This document shows positions 1 to 11,552 of a stretch of DNA of 64,000 bases, one piece after another. This stretch comes from Monocercomonoides exilis PA203 (Eukaryota > Protista > Preaxostyla): contig LSRY02000061.1 in NCBI GenBank assembly GCA_001643675.2, forward strand, positions 372,001 through 436,000. The letters run 5' to 3'. A program made the position numbers and the translations under genes. How positions within the stretch are numbered: the stretch's first letter is position 1; every line of letters begins with the position of its first letter. The notes beneath the pieces are model-generated. The model was given only the letters and a program-made list of their open reading frames with translations, ran no database searches and was not told the origin of the DNA.

Positions 1-699
1 GAAAATGTGATTTTTTCGAATTGAAAGTGCTTGCATTATTATATAGACTTATTTTATTTGTAAATTTTCATCATTAACAATAATGATCATAAAAATTTTT
101 TTTTATTAAATATCTTTGATCCAACCCACAAAAAATTTTCTTATTTGATGAAATTTTTAATAAACAATTTTGAGTGATAGTTATTGTATTTAACTTTTAT
201 TCGTAAATGAGCAATTTAAATACTTCACATAAAACATTTTTATGAAAAGCATGTATTAATGAATTCGATGCTTTAGTTTCATAGTTGATTTAATTATTAT
301 TCGTGAATTAATTAAAGAATATTTCTTTATAACTTAAATCTTAATTTGAAATGGGTTTTTCTATTTGTTTTCCTTTTGAAATAAATGTTTTTCTATTCGT
401 TGTGGCATTTCATACTCACTTTTTTTATGTGTTAATATCATTTGCTTCAACGATAAATAAGTTGTAAAATGTCTTGTTTTCAATAAAAAAGTTTGTTATG
501 ATAATATAACAATGCTATATCTTTCTTCTTTTTTACACAAAAATTCAATTTTTTTTCTGCTAATTTAGTGTTTTAATGAATAATAATCATATAAAAATAT
601 TATATTGTTTATTAACAAAAATTCAATAAGAGAATAACAATGAAGCAAAGCTGTCAATAATCAAAGAAATTCATAAAACTAATTCAAAAGCCAAATCAC

Positions 700-2007
700 T
701 CGGTTAACAAAGTTCAACCAAATGGCTTATCACCATACATCTTCTCCATCTGCTCAACCAGATCTTCTCCATTGATTCCTTCTGTCAGTGGCCTCACACC
801 ATCTCTCATCATTTCCCGCGCTTCTTCTGCATCACATTCGCTCAATGGCGCTTCGCCTGTTGTCATCTCATGGAGAATCAATCCAAGTGTGAAAACAACT
901 GCCTTTTCGATTTCCTCTTCTTCATCTCCCGCTTCAGGCGCCTTCCATCACTTCATTTCTTCCTTTTCCTTTTCATCTTCCAACTCCTCTGTCAAAACAA
1001 ATATTTCATTTGTTTCTTCCTCAACGAAGATCAAATATGGTCACAATTGTTTCCCCATCATTTCCACCCTTTCGTCTCCAACTGATATCAAATGCTCAAA
1101 CAGCTCTGCAACTGCCAACTCCACTTCCTATTTATTGCAATTTCATTTTCAATTAATCTTCTAACATTGACATTAATTGCATTGAATCCTATCATTCAAC
1201 AAGTGAATTCCCCGCATTCAATTGAGACTGAACAATTCTTCCCACCGAGAGTTGAACTTGAATGAATGAATGCCATTCTTTTCGAATTCAACTGACCTTT
1301 CACAGCAAATGAAAGTCTCCTCATTGTCAGCGAACTCGAACATCCAACAAGCGATTCTTGTGTGAATGATCCTTCATCATTCCCATCCACACCGCCTCCA
1401 ACCGCATCCACAAACACACAATCAAATCCATTGTTCGCTCCAGCTTCTAAATGGAATGAACATCCAGTAATCACCAATTCCCCTTCTTTGTTTGAAATTA
1501 TTGTTTTGGCCGAGTTGTCAAACCCCGATGTTAGTTGAAGTTGGATATTCATCAATTCAAGATGAATATCATTTCCCATGAAATATTCCAATTGATTTCC
1601 AACTGCCTTTTCAAAATTCAAAGTTGCTTTCACATTCTCTTCTCCCATCTTCGTATCATTTTTGATCTGATAATTGGACAAGTTGAATGAATCTCGAATA
1701 ACAGTCGATCCTTCAATCTGAATTGTTTTCATTTCATCTCCCTCTTTCATATTTTAAATCCCTTTTCACATTGTGAAACATGGATCTTCCTCGTTTCCAC
1801 ATATTACAACATCAAATCCATTAGAAAAGCATAATCAATCTCATTTTTCATTTTTTTAAAAAAACATTAAAATGACAAACTCTTTTTAAGTTCATTGTTT
1901 TTATAATACAACATTGAATTGTTTTGTGTGATTATTGTTAAATCCAGCAAGATTTATTCATAAATGCATGTTTTGATCGAGTCTAATAAAAAAATACATT
2001 AGCATAT

Positions 2008-2064
<57 letters not shown>

Positions 2065-2265
2065 AAAGAAAGAAAGAAAAAAAATATTTGAAAGAAAAAA
2101 ATAAAATGAATATTTATTTGATAGAATGAATCACACAAAACCTTTTACGTTCCATTGCAATCAATTTTGAAATTTCCATCTGCATGCTAATGAAAATTAA
2201 AGTCAAAAACCACACTTTAATGAAACTGTGAAAAAAATCTGTTTTCAATATTATTAAAGAACGCA
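700..2265 (-). pseudogene. Cargo of element #1: internally deleted surface-protein gene fused to a protein-kinase-like C-terminus
   Basis: ORF 1196-1750 is preceded by a CGNEEDPC motif. The minus frame at about 700-1150 reads *WKAPEA...KAVVFTLGLILHEMTTGEAP...GVRP (kinase subdomains VIII-X) with in-frame stops. An AT-rich/poly-T intron-like segment and a possible first exon lie at about 1930-2265. Confidence 0.65.
2009..2062. repeat. Poly-A homopolymer (about 54 nt)
   Basis: Directly visible. Confidence 0.95.
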
Positions 2266-2700
2266 TATAATAATATACTTAAATTAACATATGAAAGTGA
2301 ACGAATTACATACTTTTAAGTTTTATTTAAACGAAAAAAGCATATCCAACTTTTCCCGACATTAAGATTTCTATTGTGGGTTGGATCAAAGATATTTAAT
2401 AAAAAAAAATTTTTATGATCATTATTGTTAATGATGAAAATTTACAAATAAAATAAGTCTATATAATAATGCAAGCACTTTCAATTCGAAAAAATCACAT
2501 TTTCTTTAAAAATTTGAATATTTTTCAATGAAATTCATGTTTTTATGGGTCATTTTTCAAAAATCATTTTTTCAACAAGAAAAATTTTTTTCGAAAAATC
2601 GGTCCATAAAAAGTTTTTTAATAATTATTATCTATTAATTCGTTATAATTTGAAGGTTTAAAAACGCAAATTGCAAAAGGAACACGTTTGAACCTATGCC

Positions 2701-3585
2701 CGAAATCCTAATTCCAGGCAATGGAAGCGCTTCAGATGCATTAAAACAGCAAGCCTGCTGTCAAATCTATCAATAGAAAATAAAAAAATAGGAATCGGAA
2801 AACTAATGCATATTTTCCTTATCAAATGGATGAAGCTTTCAATCATGCAAACTTCTTCACTTCTTGGTGTGCATAGAAACACAGTTGGTTTTTCCTATTC
2901 CCTTGCGACAGCGGCAATGGCACAGAGCGCAGCATCATCGTTTCAGCCAATTGGAGGTGAAAATACAATTGTGGATATTTTCGAAGCAATTATGAACAGA
3001 AGAAAATATCATAAAGGCAGATGGAAGAAGCAGATCTGGCTATTTGGAGATGTGCAAAAATTAGAGTATGTTAATCATGGAAGCTTTTTAATCATCAGAG
3101 TCTCTAATAGAAAAAAAGACACATTTCAATCAATCATTCAAGCGAACATCTTTCCAGGAACTTTGATTCACAGTGATGAATGGAGAGCATACTCATCTCT
3201 CAGTGATCTCGGTTACGGCCGCAAAACAGTCTGCCATAAATATCATTTCAAAGACCCAGAAAGCGAAATATGCTCCAACATGATTGAGGGACTTTGGAGT
3301 CAATTTTGAAGAGATTTATTTCGAACGGGGCTGAAGGAGGAATTCATTGATGATGATATATCTTCTTTTGTGTTTCAAAAAAGAAAATAATCAACATTTG
3401 TTGAAACTGTGAAAGAAATTTGCCAATATAAAGTGAATGAATATATTGAAGAAGAAAAGGATGACCACGAAGAAGATGATGACGAATATGATGTGCCAGT
3501 TTTAGCTGAACAAAACGAAGAAATTTATGAGGATTCGATGGAAGTTAGCGATGGAGCGGAGCATTCTGAATATGAACCCGAATAA
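2701..3585 (+). pseudogene. Merlin / IS1595 (ISXO2-like) DDE transposase, disrupted
   Basis: Reads VDIFEAIMNRRKYHKGR..WLFG..NR..T...II...I.PGTLIHSDEWRAY..L...Y...TVCH...F.DP......NMIEGLWS. The first catalytic D of the usual VEIDE motif reads F. There are in-frame stops at 3307 and 3388, an acidic tail to 3585, and the 5' end is cut by element #1. A possible right terminus is ...TGTTACC at 3747. Confidence 0.9.
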
Positions 3586-4582
3586 AAAACAGTTGCATTG
3601 CTTAAATCATATTTGTGAAGATATATTTGTTTCATATCAATCTCAATTTGCAAAATTTTTTGAAAATTTGATTGAAAACTTGAAATGATTTTTGATCAAA
3701 TAAAATTTTAAGAAAAATTTTCAAAAAAATTTTTTTTACGTGTTACCGCAAATAGTTGAAAGAAAAAAACAAGTGAGTACGACATGTGGGACAAAATATT
3801 TGACTTCGGGCATTTTCATTGAAAAATTATATACTTTTCATTGACTTTTTGAGATCAAAAAACATAAGAAAAATGGATTTATTTTTCGACATTAGTTAAA
3901 TGTCACAATACTTTTTGTTTTTATTTCAATAATGCTTGTTTTGGATATGAAAATTAAATTTAAAATGGAATCTGAGAAAGTGTGACATAGTTATGAGTGA
4001 AGCAATTTTTTTATTGCCTTGTGCAAAAAAAGCTTGAAAGTTTGTATTTTCTCCCATTTATTAATTTTTTGTTTCATACATTTGCTAAGCTCGAAAAAAG
4101 CTTCAGAATGTTTCAAAAAAAATTGAGATTTATTTTTGAGGTCAAGATAAAGTGTGCACCCTTTGCAACTTTGAAAATAAACTCATCACGAAAAGAAATT
4201 TATTATTTTTTGACATCACATTTTGTTGAAAAAAATCTAGGAAGGAGAATTTGCCTTGAAAACCTGAAAATGAACAATGAAAATCAATTCACCAAGAGTT
4301 GTTATTTTGCAATAAAATATTTTCAGATATTGGTTAATAAATGAAATGATACAAATTTTTTATTTGAGTGTTAATTTTTGAATCAAAGAACAACAACTTT
4401 TTATAAAAATCATTGCCAAGAGCAGTGTAATGATTTCAACACAAACAATACTCATTTCAAAATAGATATTTTCAGGAAAACTGTTAATAATTCGTTTGAA
4501 ACGTACAATAAATTACAAAAACAAAATTCACATGTGTTTTTTAATTTGAAAGTTGTGAAAGTGAAATTATCGATTTCTATTT

Positions 4583-4840
4583 GGGTTATAATTTTTGAAA
4601 TCATATTTTTTCAAACAAAATTTTCGGTTTAAAAATATGATCTTGTATTTTATCAAATGAACATTGAAAAGTCAAAAGGCTTATTGAATGCATTTAAATC
4701 TTTGATTCGGAAAAGCCATTTGTTCATAAAAACAATTATTATGTTTTTTCTCTTTAAATTATAAATTTTTCTTTCATAAACTTACAATCTTTGAAAAATA
4801 AACACCCCGAAAAAAGATATGATTTCAAAAATAATCACTC
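4583..4840. mobile_element. MITE (about 258 bp), 4-bp TSD ATTT; same family as 43133-43387
   Basis: TIRs GGGTTATAATTTTTGAAATCATA / TATGATTTCAAAAATAATCACTC are flanked by ATTT on both sides. The interior resembles the 43133 copy. Confidence 0.7.
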
Positions 4841-4905
4841 ATTTTGTTGTTTTCATACAAATTTTTTATTTTCATTTTTGAAACTTTGCAAAAAAATGAA
4901 GATTT

Positions 4906-5112
4906 GGTTTGTTTTTTTTTTGAACTCTAACTTTTATTCGAGTTTTGATCAAAATTTTAATCTCAATTGGATTAAGAAATAATGAACTTCAATTGTTAAT
5001 ACATACAGCACATAACGATGTTTTCAAGAATTACAATTTTGTCCAAATTGTCATTGAGATGAACATTTTGATCAAAACTCGAACAAAAGTTTGATTTCGA
5101 AAAAGATCATTC
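4906..5112. mobile_element. Degenerate palindromic MITE related to the GGGTGA..TTTTTGAAA family
   Basis: Inverted arms AACTTTTATTCGAGTTTTGATCAAAAT / ATTTTGATCAAAACTCGAACAAAAGTT, flanked by ATTT and ATAT. Confidence 0.5.
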
Positions 5113-6149
5113 ATATAACTTGATAATACCATTTTCAACTTAATAAATAGAGTTATGTGAGATGGAACAGAAATTTAATCAGTATATGGGTCACTCTTTT
5201 TGAAAAGTCGCAAACGTTTAACTGATCTGAAAATATGATCATAAATGATCAAAAAATGTTGATCATTCCGTTCCCATTTTGGTTTAATAAATGTTATTTG
5301 TTATTGTTTTTTTCACCTTATCATTGAAAAACATGTTATAAATCTGATGATAATATATTGAACGTTAATTATTTAATAGAATACGCTTTTGTTAGCTCTT
5401 CTTTCGAGCGATTTAAATCAAATGAAAATTAAGTTTAAATTTCTTCAATTTCTACTCATCTGTTCGAATATTCATTCAAAATTTATTGATATTTACTAAG
5501 TTTTGATTATTTTCTTTTGTAGATAGACAAATAAAATTGATTTGCTTGAATTACAGAATATTTTTATAAAGATTTATTAAACAGGAAAATTTTATCAAAA
5601 CTACACTCGTAACAATCGAAAGATATTCAAAAAGTTGTTAACATAGAGTAATTATTTATGTAATTATAAAAAATTGAAGTTAGATATTTTAAATTTTAAA
5701 AAAAATCTCCATTAATTACAAACTCAAAAATGAAATCTCTTCAAATATTAATATTCAGACAGTTTGTATCAAACAAGTTTTTTTCATCACAATATGTTCA
5801 TTTTCACTCTCTTTTTCATTTTATTTCAGTGTATCTTCGAAAGATATTCTGTTGCATCTTTTCGAATTGTGCAATAGAAGTAGGTTTTCAAAAATGATAA
5901 ACCTTCCTTATCATAAAAAATTGTTTTGTCTATTTTTCATATAAGTAAATTAGTCGTCCCTTCGCTCTTCCTCTTCTTCTGCAGCAGCAAGCCGGAATGC
6001 TTCTTCATTTCTAAAGTGGATCGGTGAAGAAAAAAAGTCAGTTGAGATTAAGTAGTAATCATCATCGAAATTTTCATTATCTACGTCTGAAATTATCCCT
6101 TCGGATGTATTTGCTGTGGTGGCATCATTCACTTCGACAGCATAGATAG

Positions 6150-7560
6150 ATAAATCGATATGTGGCTTCAAATTGTGGTGTCTGAGGCAGATGCGGTGTA
6201 TGTGAGTTAAAAGAAGTTGTCACTGAAAGAACAGACGCCACCGGGATATAATTTGAAGCAGTTGGTTGTGCTGTATGGATGCGTTGTAAGTGCCTATGAT
6301 GTGGTGCTTTCAGCGATGTTTTCAATTCCGCTGGTGGGGCCACTTCCGTCGCTTGCAGCGTCGGTGGGCACGAAGCCAGAGAGAAAGCAGATTTTTATGA
6401 CAGCTGTATGAATGCATTCCTGTCGATCTACGATCAGTTTGACCCTTCACTGCAGATATGGTGATCGCAACAGTCGAGGCGTGTGGTGGTGAAGTTGGAC
6501 GACGAAGAGACGTGGCGAGTGATTGTTGTGAAAGAAGTTGGGAAGATTGTGGAAAAGGGGCTGTCGGCTGCGGGACTGAGGATGGAGAAAGTGGTTGTGT
6601 CACATTCAGCAATTGTTCTAATTGTTTCAGCGGAACGAACAGAGGAAAAAAAAGGAGGAGTGAAAGACGAAGAAGGAACAGGAAAAAAAGAAGAAAAGAC
6701 ATTCTAGGCTTATCATGTTGTTCCAAAAGAACCAAAACGAAGTGTGGATATTGATTCAGAAAAGCAGGCTGGAGAATAAGTTGCAGAAGGACAAGATCAC
6801 TCCGATGCGGGAGAGGAAGATTCTGAAGATTACTGAAGAGCACATCACAGAAGTGAAGGAGCTGAAGGAGGATAAGGAGGCGAAGGGACAGTTTGTGGCC
6901 ACGAAGGAGAAGGCGGGGCTGATTGGTGTAAGGATTGAGAAGGAGAAGAAAAGCTGTTCTCTTCAAAGCGAAGTGGTGAGTATGGATGGCAAGCGGTAAC
7001 TGATGTATCGGCGGTAACAATTGCCATATGTTCTTCGTTGATTTCTGCGGAGGGCAGGATAATTCCATCTTTGACTACGTTGATTCTGACTTTTGGGTTG
7101 TGCGAAAAGTTTCAGGAGAAGATTGCATCTGTCATCAAGGATGGAAGTGCTGTGATGCTTGGGCCAGATCTCAATGGGAAGTGGGTTGTTGTGAAAGTGG
7201 GAAGCGAAGTGAGTGTTGTGGGAGAAGCAAACGGAGGTGGTGGAGGAGGTGGTGGAAGTGAGTGAACGAGATCTTCGATCAGAGAGGAATCAGAAAAGAA
7301 CAGCGCTGGGACAAATGGAAGTGGGGGAGGCAGTCAGGGCGTAAGAGCAGATGTAATTGTGCAACAGAAGATGAACATGATGGAGAAGGAAAATGAAGAT
7401 GCTGATGTTACTGTCATAAGTACCGGAGCAGACGATAAGCGAGCATAAGGCGGAGTTCAAGGAGGTGATTGAGAAGCAGCACACAGCGCTTGCGCAAAAG
7501 AAACAGTGTCGGAAGAAAATGAATGCGAGGAATGAAAAGACCGTGCAGCTGTCGATTGTG
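6150..7560 (+). pseudogene. Degenerate copy of a multicopy gene family of unknown function (paralogue of 56590-58240 and 63600-64000)
   Basis: Shares the peptides VLYG.VV.AYDV.LSAM.S.PLV..LP.LAASV and VVVKLD.E...V..I.EKGL.AAGLRM..VV...AI with the 56590 copy. Many frameshifts and stops. Confidence 0.6.
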
Positions 7561-8574
7561 TATGTGAAGATAAGGTTGCAGAAGTCACTTTTGAAGATGT
7601 TGTCGAGGATCTGGAGTGATATACGGAGACAAGATTGTTTCTGATTTTTGCAGGGGAAGCCTTTTGTGGATATAGGAAGAGTTTCCAAATCATGGGATTT
7701 TTTCTGCTTAATTCCCACTGTTTTGAAGCAGAGATGAAGAAAGGAGGCGATAAAGGTGCTGTCTGATGCGATCCATTGTGTCGATCCATCAACTTCAACC
7801 TCTTCGGAAACATTATCATTTTCATCGAGTGCAGCGTGCAGAAGAATTCCATTCAATTAGACGGAGTTTCTTTGTGTGTGTTATTCGCAGATTCCGCTGG
7901 GGCTGTCTCTGAGGATCTTTCGGGATGCGTCCCTGCTGAACGGGTGCTATCTTTCACCATTAACTTCGGAGCTTGAGGCATGTCAACTCAACGACTTCTT
8001 CCGCTGTGCCCACAGTTGCTGGATGAGTGTGATGCAGTGGACTGAAGAGTGTCTCTGTTCCTGTCAGAGAACAATGCTGTTGTGAAGACGGTTAGCCGGC
8101 GCTGGATGACAATATGCAGCTGCTTTTAAAGGTGTAAGCTGGGGAGGAATGAGGTGGAAGGGGCTATCTGCTCTGGGCTGCGGCTGTGAGACGGTCGGCG
8201 TGTTTTACAGCTTCACGTTACAATGGAGTGGAAGAGGGAGGGGAAAGGAGTCAATATCTTGTCACGCATCATCTGTATCTGCTTCTTCAGCAAAAAACAA
8301 ACAGGATCTGAATTGTAAAAAATTGGAGATCAGTAGCATAGTTCTGTTCTTTGAACGTGCATTGGATGTGATCGATCCTTCCAATTAGCCTCCCACATTT
8401 TCATCAACTTTTTCATTCATGTTGCATAAGTCTTCTATTTTTCATATTCTTTCTGTTTTTACTCTTTTTTCTTATCGCATTCAATTCCCTTCAAAGAATT
8501 TCTTGAAAAAACAAACGTTTCACAAATTCTGAGAATTCTTTGTTTTTTTTGTCAAACAATAGAACTAAATGCAT

Positions 8575-8752
8575 GAATAAGAGAAGAAGAAGAAAAAGAT
8601 AATGATGATGATGATGATGAAGATGACGAGAAAATTTGGTTTTATTATTAATTTTTGGAGAATTTGAGGATAAAAATGAAGAAATGGAAGAAGAAGAAAA
8701 AGAAAGAGGAGAAGAAGAAGAAGTAGAAGAAGAGGAAGAAGATGAAGAAGAT

Positions 8753-8820
<68 letters not shown>

Positions 8821-8965
8821 AGAAGAAGAAGAAGAAGAAGAAGAAGGAGAAGAAGAAGAAGAAGAAGAAGAAGAAGAAGAAGAAGAAGAAGAAGAAGAAG
8901 AAGAAGAAGAAGAGGAGGAGGAAGAAGAGGAAGAAGAGGAAGAAGATGAAGAAGATGAAGAAGAG

Positions 8966-8997
<32 letters not shown>

Positions 8998-9085
8998 AGA
9001 AGAAGAAGAAGAAGAAGGTGAAGAAGAAGAAGAGGAGGAAGAAAAAGAAAAAGAATAAGAAGAAAATGCTGATGATGATGAAACA
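8575..9085 (+). repeat. (GAA)n/(GAG)/(GAT) trinucleotide tract (poly-Glu-like)
   Basis: Directly visible. The poly-E, poly-K, poly-L and poly-F ORFs here are by-products of the repeat. Confidence 0.95.
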
Positions 9086-9853
9086 GATGATAAAAAGTGT
9101 GCATACTGTTTGAAGAATCACTGTTGATTTTTCTTCTGTGTTTGTCGTGATAATTAAAGTCTTTCACCTAGAACTTGTTTATTTGAGCACCAAAAGGAAT
9201 ATGATTGTGGGGAACATGATGTGGCAATGTTAATGATATATATTCTGTTTATAAGGAGGCAGAAAAAGATTAAGCTGCAAAAAGCTTGGAAAGTGACGCG
9301 AATGAGAAGTGATTATTAACAGAAGTGCATGTTTGGCGTAAGATAAAGGATTGTCGCCTTATGGTGTAGGGATAAAGGTTGAAAAGAATGCTGATGATTG
9401 TTTTTAGAGATGTGATTAACTTGAATGAAAAAGATCATTGATTTACTTTGTGTATTTATTTGCGAATTCGTTGAAAAGAAGAAGTTGCTGCGGATGGGTT
9501 CTGTTGATCTTTCAATGGCACTGCTGTTGATGGAGTTGGAGCTTCAATGGATTAGGTATCTTCTGCAGGGAAACATCAAACTATCATCTGAAAACACTTC
9601 TTCCGCTCAACGTCCATATCACAGCTTCGCAAGCATGTACTCCTTTTTCTGCTTCTTTAACTTTTAACTTCTGCTCTTCCTTTGACTTTTCATTGATGGA
9701 CACATCTGTCGTTCTTTTAACACCAGTCTGCAGCTGTGCAGATTCTGTCTATTAATCTAACATCCTGTTCGGTTGGTGCCTCTGCATGCGTGTCTGTGAC
9801 TTTCTCCTTTCAATGGAAACTGGCAGATTCGTTGTTGTTATTTCAATCCAGCA

Positions 9854-10140
9854 TTAGTCGTGTTCAAAAATAATTTTCGATGATTTGTTTGTTGAATTTA
9901 ACGCAAACAACAAAACTGTAGAGATAGTCTTTGGATCGTTAACGCTTTCCATCTGCAACGCTCCATTCTGAACAATTATAAGCTCCGCGGTGAACGTTGT
10001 TTTTGAATATTTCCCTGTTTCAAGAGAAATTTTCAATCTCCTTGCTGATATTTCCTCTGCTTCTGTAATCTCGAACAGCCTTGTGCTGTAGTTATTTTCA
10101 GATGCCATGTCATTCGTCAGAACAATTTTCACTGACAGTC
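9854..10140 (-). pseudogene. Probable exon remnant of a surface-protein-family gene
   Basis: 92-aa ORF with a beta-rich composition like the cargo genes and no full gene context. Confidence 0.3.
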
Positions 10141-11552
10141 AAAATGAATGTCAAAACAGAAAAAAGAGATAAATATGATTTTTCAAATCAAACTTGCATT
10201 GAAAAACTAAAAAAATCGCTTTTGTCATCTGACGTGAATGTATTGCACAACAGTCCACACTTTTGGTGTTTGTTATCGTCCCTAAAAGAATCTCGATATA
10301 AGTCTCAACATTGGGGATAATCAGTCATTGTTTGATTCAGCTGATGCTGAATGAATGAGTCTCTTTTATTACGTGTGAAAATGTATGTGTGATATTCGGT
10401 TGCATTTCAATCGAAAAAACATATTTGACATTCAAAAACAGTTATAAAACCGATCACCACCATTAACATTGAATCAAGACTTGCTCTAACACTGTTTTCC
10501 GTTTTCAAGGCAGATAATTTGCTGAAGACAATATTTTTTTGAAGATTTGAAAAGAAAAACATTATGATACTCTGCAACACATGCACAAAGCGAAAACAAT
10601 ATTATTAGCCAGACTTATATTATCTTTCGCATTTATTTCTGGGATAACAACACCAACTCCGCATATAGAGAAATAATTACGTAATAAATAATATGTGATG
10701 ATTGCTATATTTGTTGGACAAAAGGAGAATCACTCCTTTTTCGTTTCACAAAGAATTGCTTTGAAAAAAGAAGTCGCTTTTCTGTTCGCTTTTGTCCTTT
10801 CCGGATTACAGAAAAAATTCTGAAGATAAAATGAATAGATTTGCGACGAAGAAATTCTTCAAAGCGACATTATTTGAATCGTTGTATGAACGCATGAGGG
10901 AAAACAAATAAATGTTCATTTTCAGTTCAAAATCTGGCTTGTTAAGCAATTTGGCCCATTTTTGAATAGCAAATAAAGATGGCTATTTTTGCGAAGAAAT
11001 AAATGTATTCGGTATAAAACTCGATTCTTCTGTTATTAGCACACATAATATAGACAAATGTTCACTGCCAACGTTTTCATTCTAACTGAAGAATAGCAGA
11101 ATCCTAAAAAACGTTTTTGTCACTGTTGACATTCCTGATTTCAATCTTTTCATTCCTGAGAATGTATTCTGCTTTCCGAATAAATTGCTATTGGTATTAG
11201 AGTGAAATTATACATTCTTGAATTGCCTTGTCAAAAAAAAGACAGTTATTATAAATACATGAGTTTGAAAGAACACCTTTGTTTATCAATGATTCATTTC
11301 AAGAGTTGTCTTGTTCTTTTGATGTCTCCGCTTTGAGAAAACATATCACAAAACAATGAATACAAATTAAACAGAAAATCTATTTTCAAATTGATCAAAA
11401 AATAATATAAAAATTGGAATCTTGAAAACCAAAACTTTTTGAATGAATCGATTATTTGTTATCTAATTCATGTTAAAAGGAAAATAAAACCATATGTTAC
11501 ATATAATGGAAACGGAGTGTTTTTGAATTAACTGCGATGGGACAAATTTTTG

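Larger units (their letters stand above)
1..2700. mobile_element. Non-autonomous long-TIR element (Pack-Merlin-like #1), left end outside the window
   Basis: 1-131 is the exact reverse complement of 2374-2504. The right arm runs on to ...CCTATGCC at 2700, the same TATGCC terminus as element #3, and a Merlin transposase reading frame starts abruptly at 2701. The TSD cannot be checked because the left end is missing. Confidence 0.75.

Noticed and set aside
2009-2062. Poly-A as a retroposition tail
   Set aside because: The cargo gene is on the minus strand, so this is poly-T in its 5' intron-like region. There is no TSD or 3'-end context.
3809-3870. CG|GGCATTTTC as the left end of another Pack element
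   Set aside because: No matching inverted copy with TSD TGACTTCG was found in the window.
8565-9167. Poly-L, poly-F and poly-K ORFs here, and poly-L, poly-K and poly-R ORFs at 53166-53936
   Set aside because: They are frame artefacts of trinucleotide repeats.
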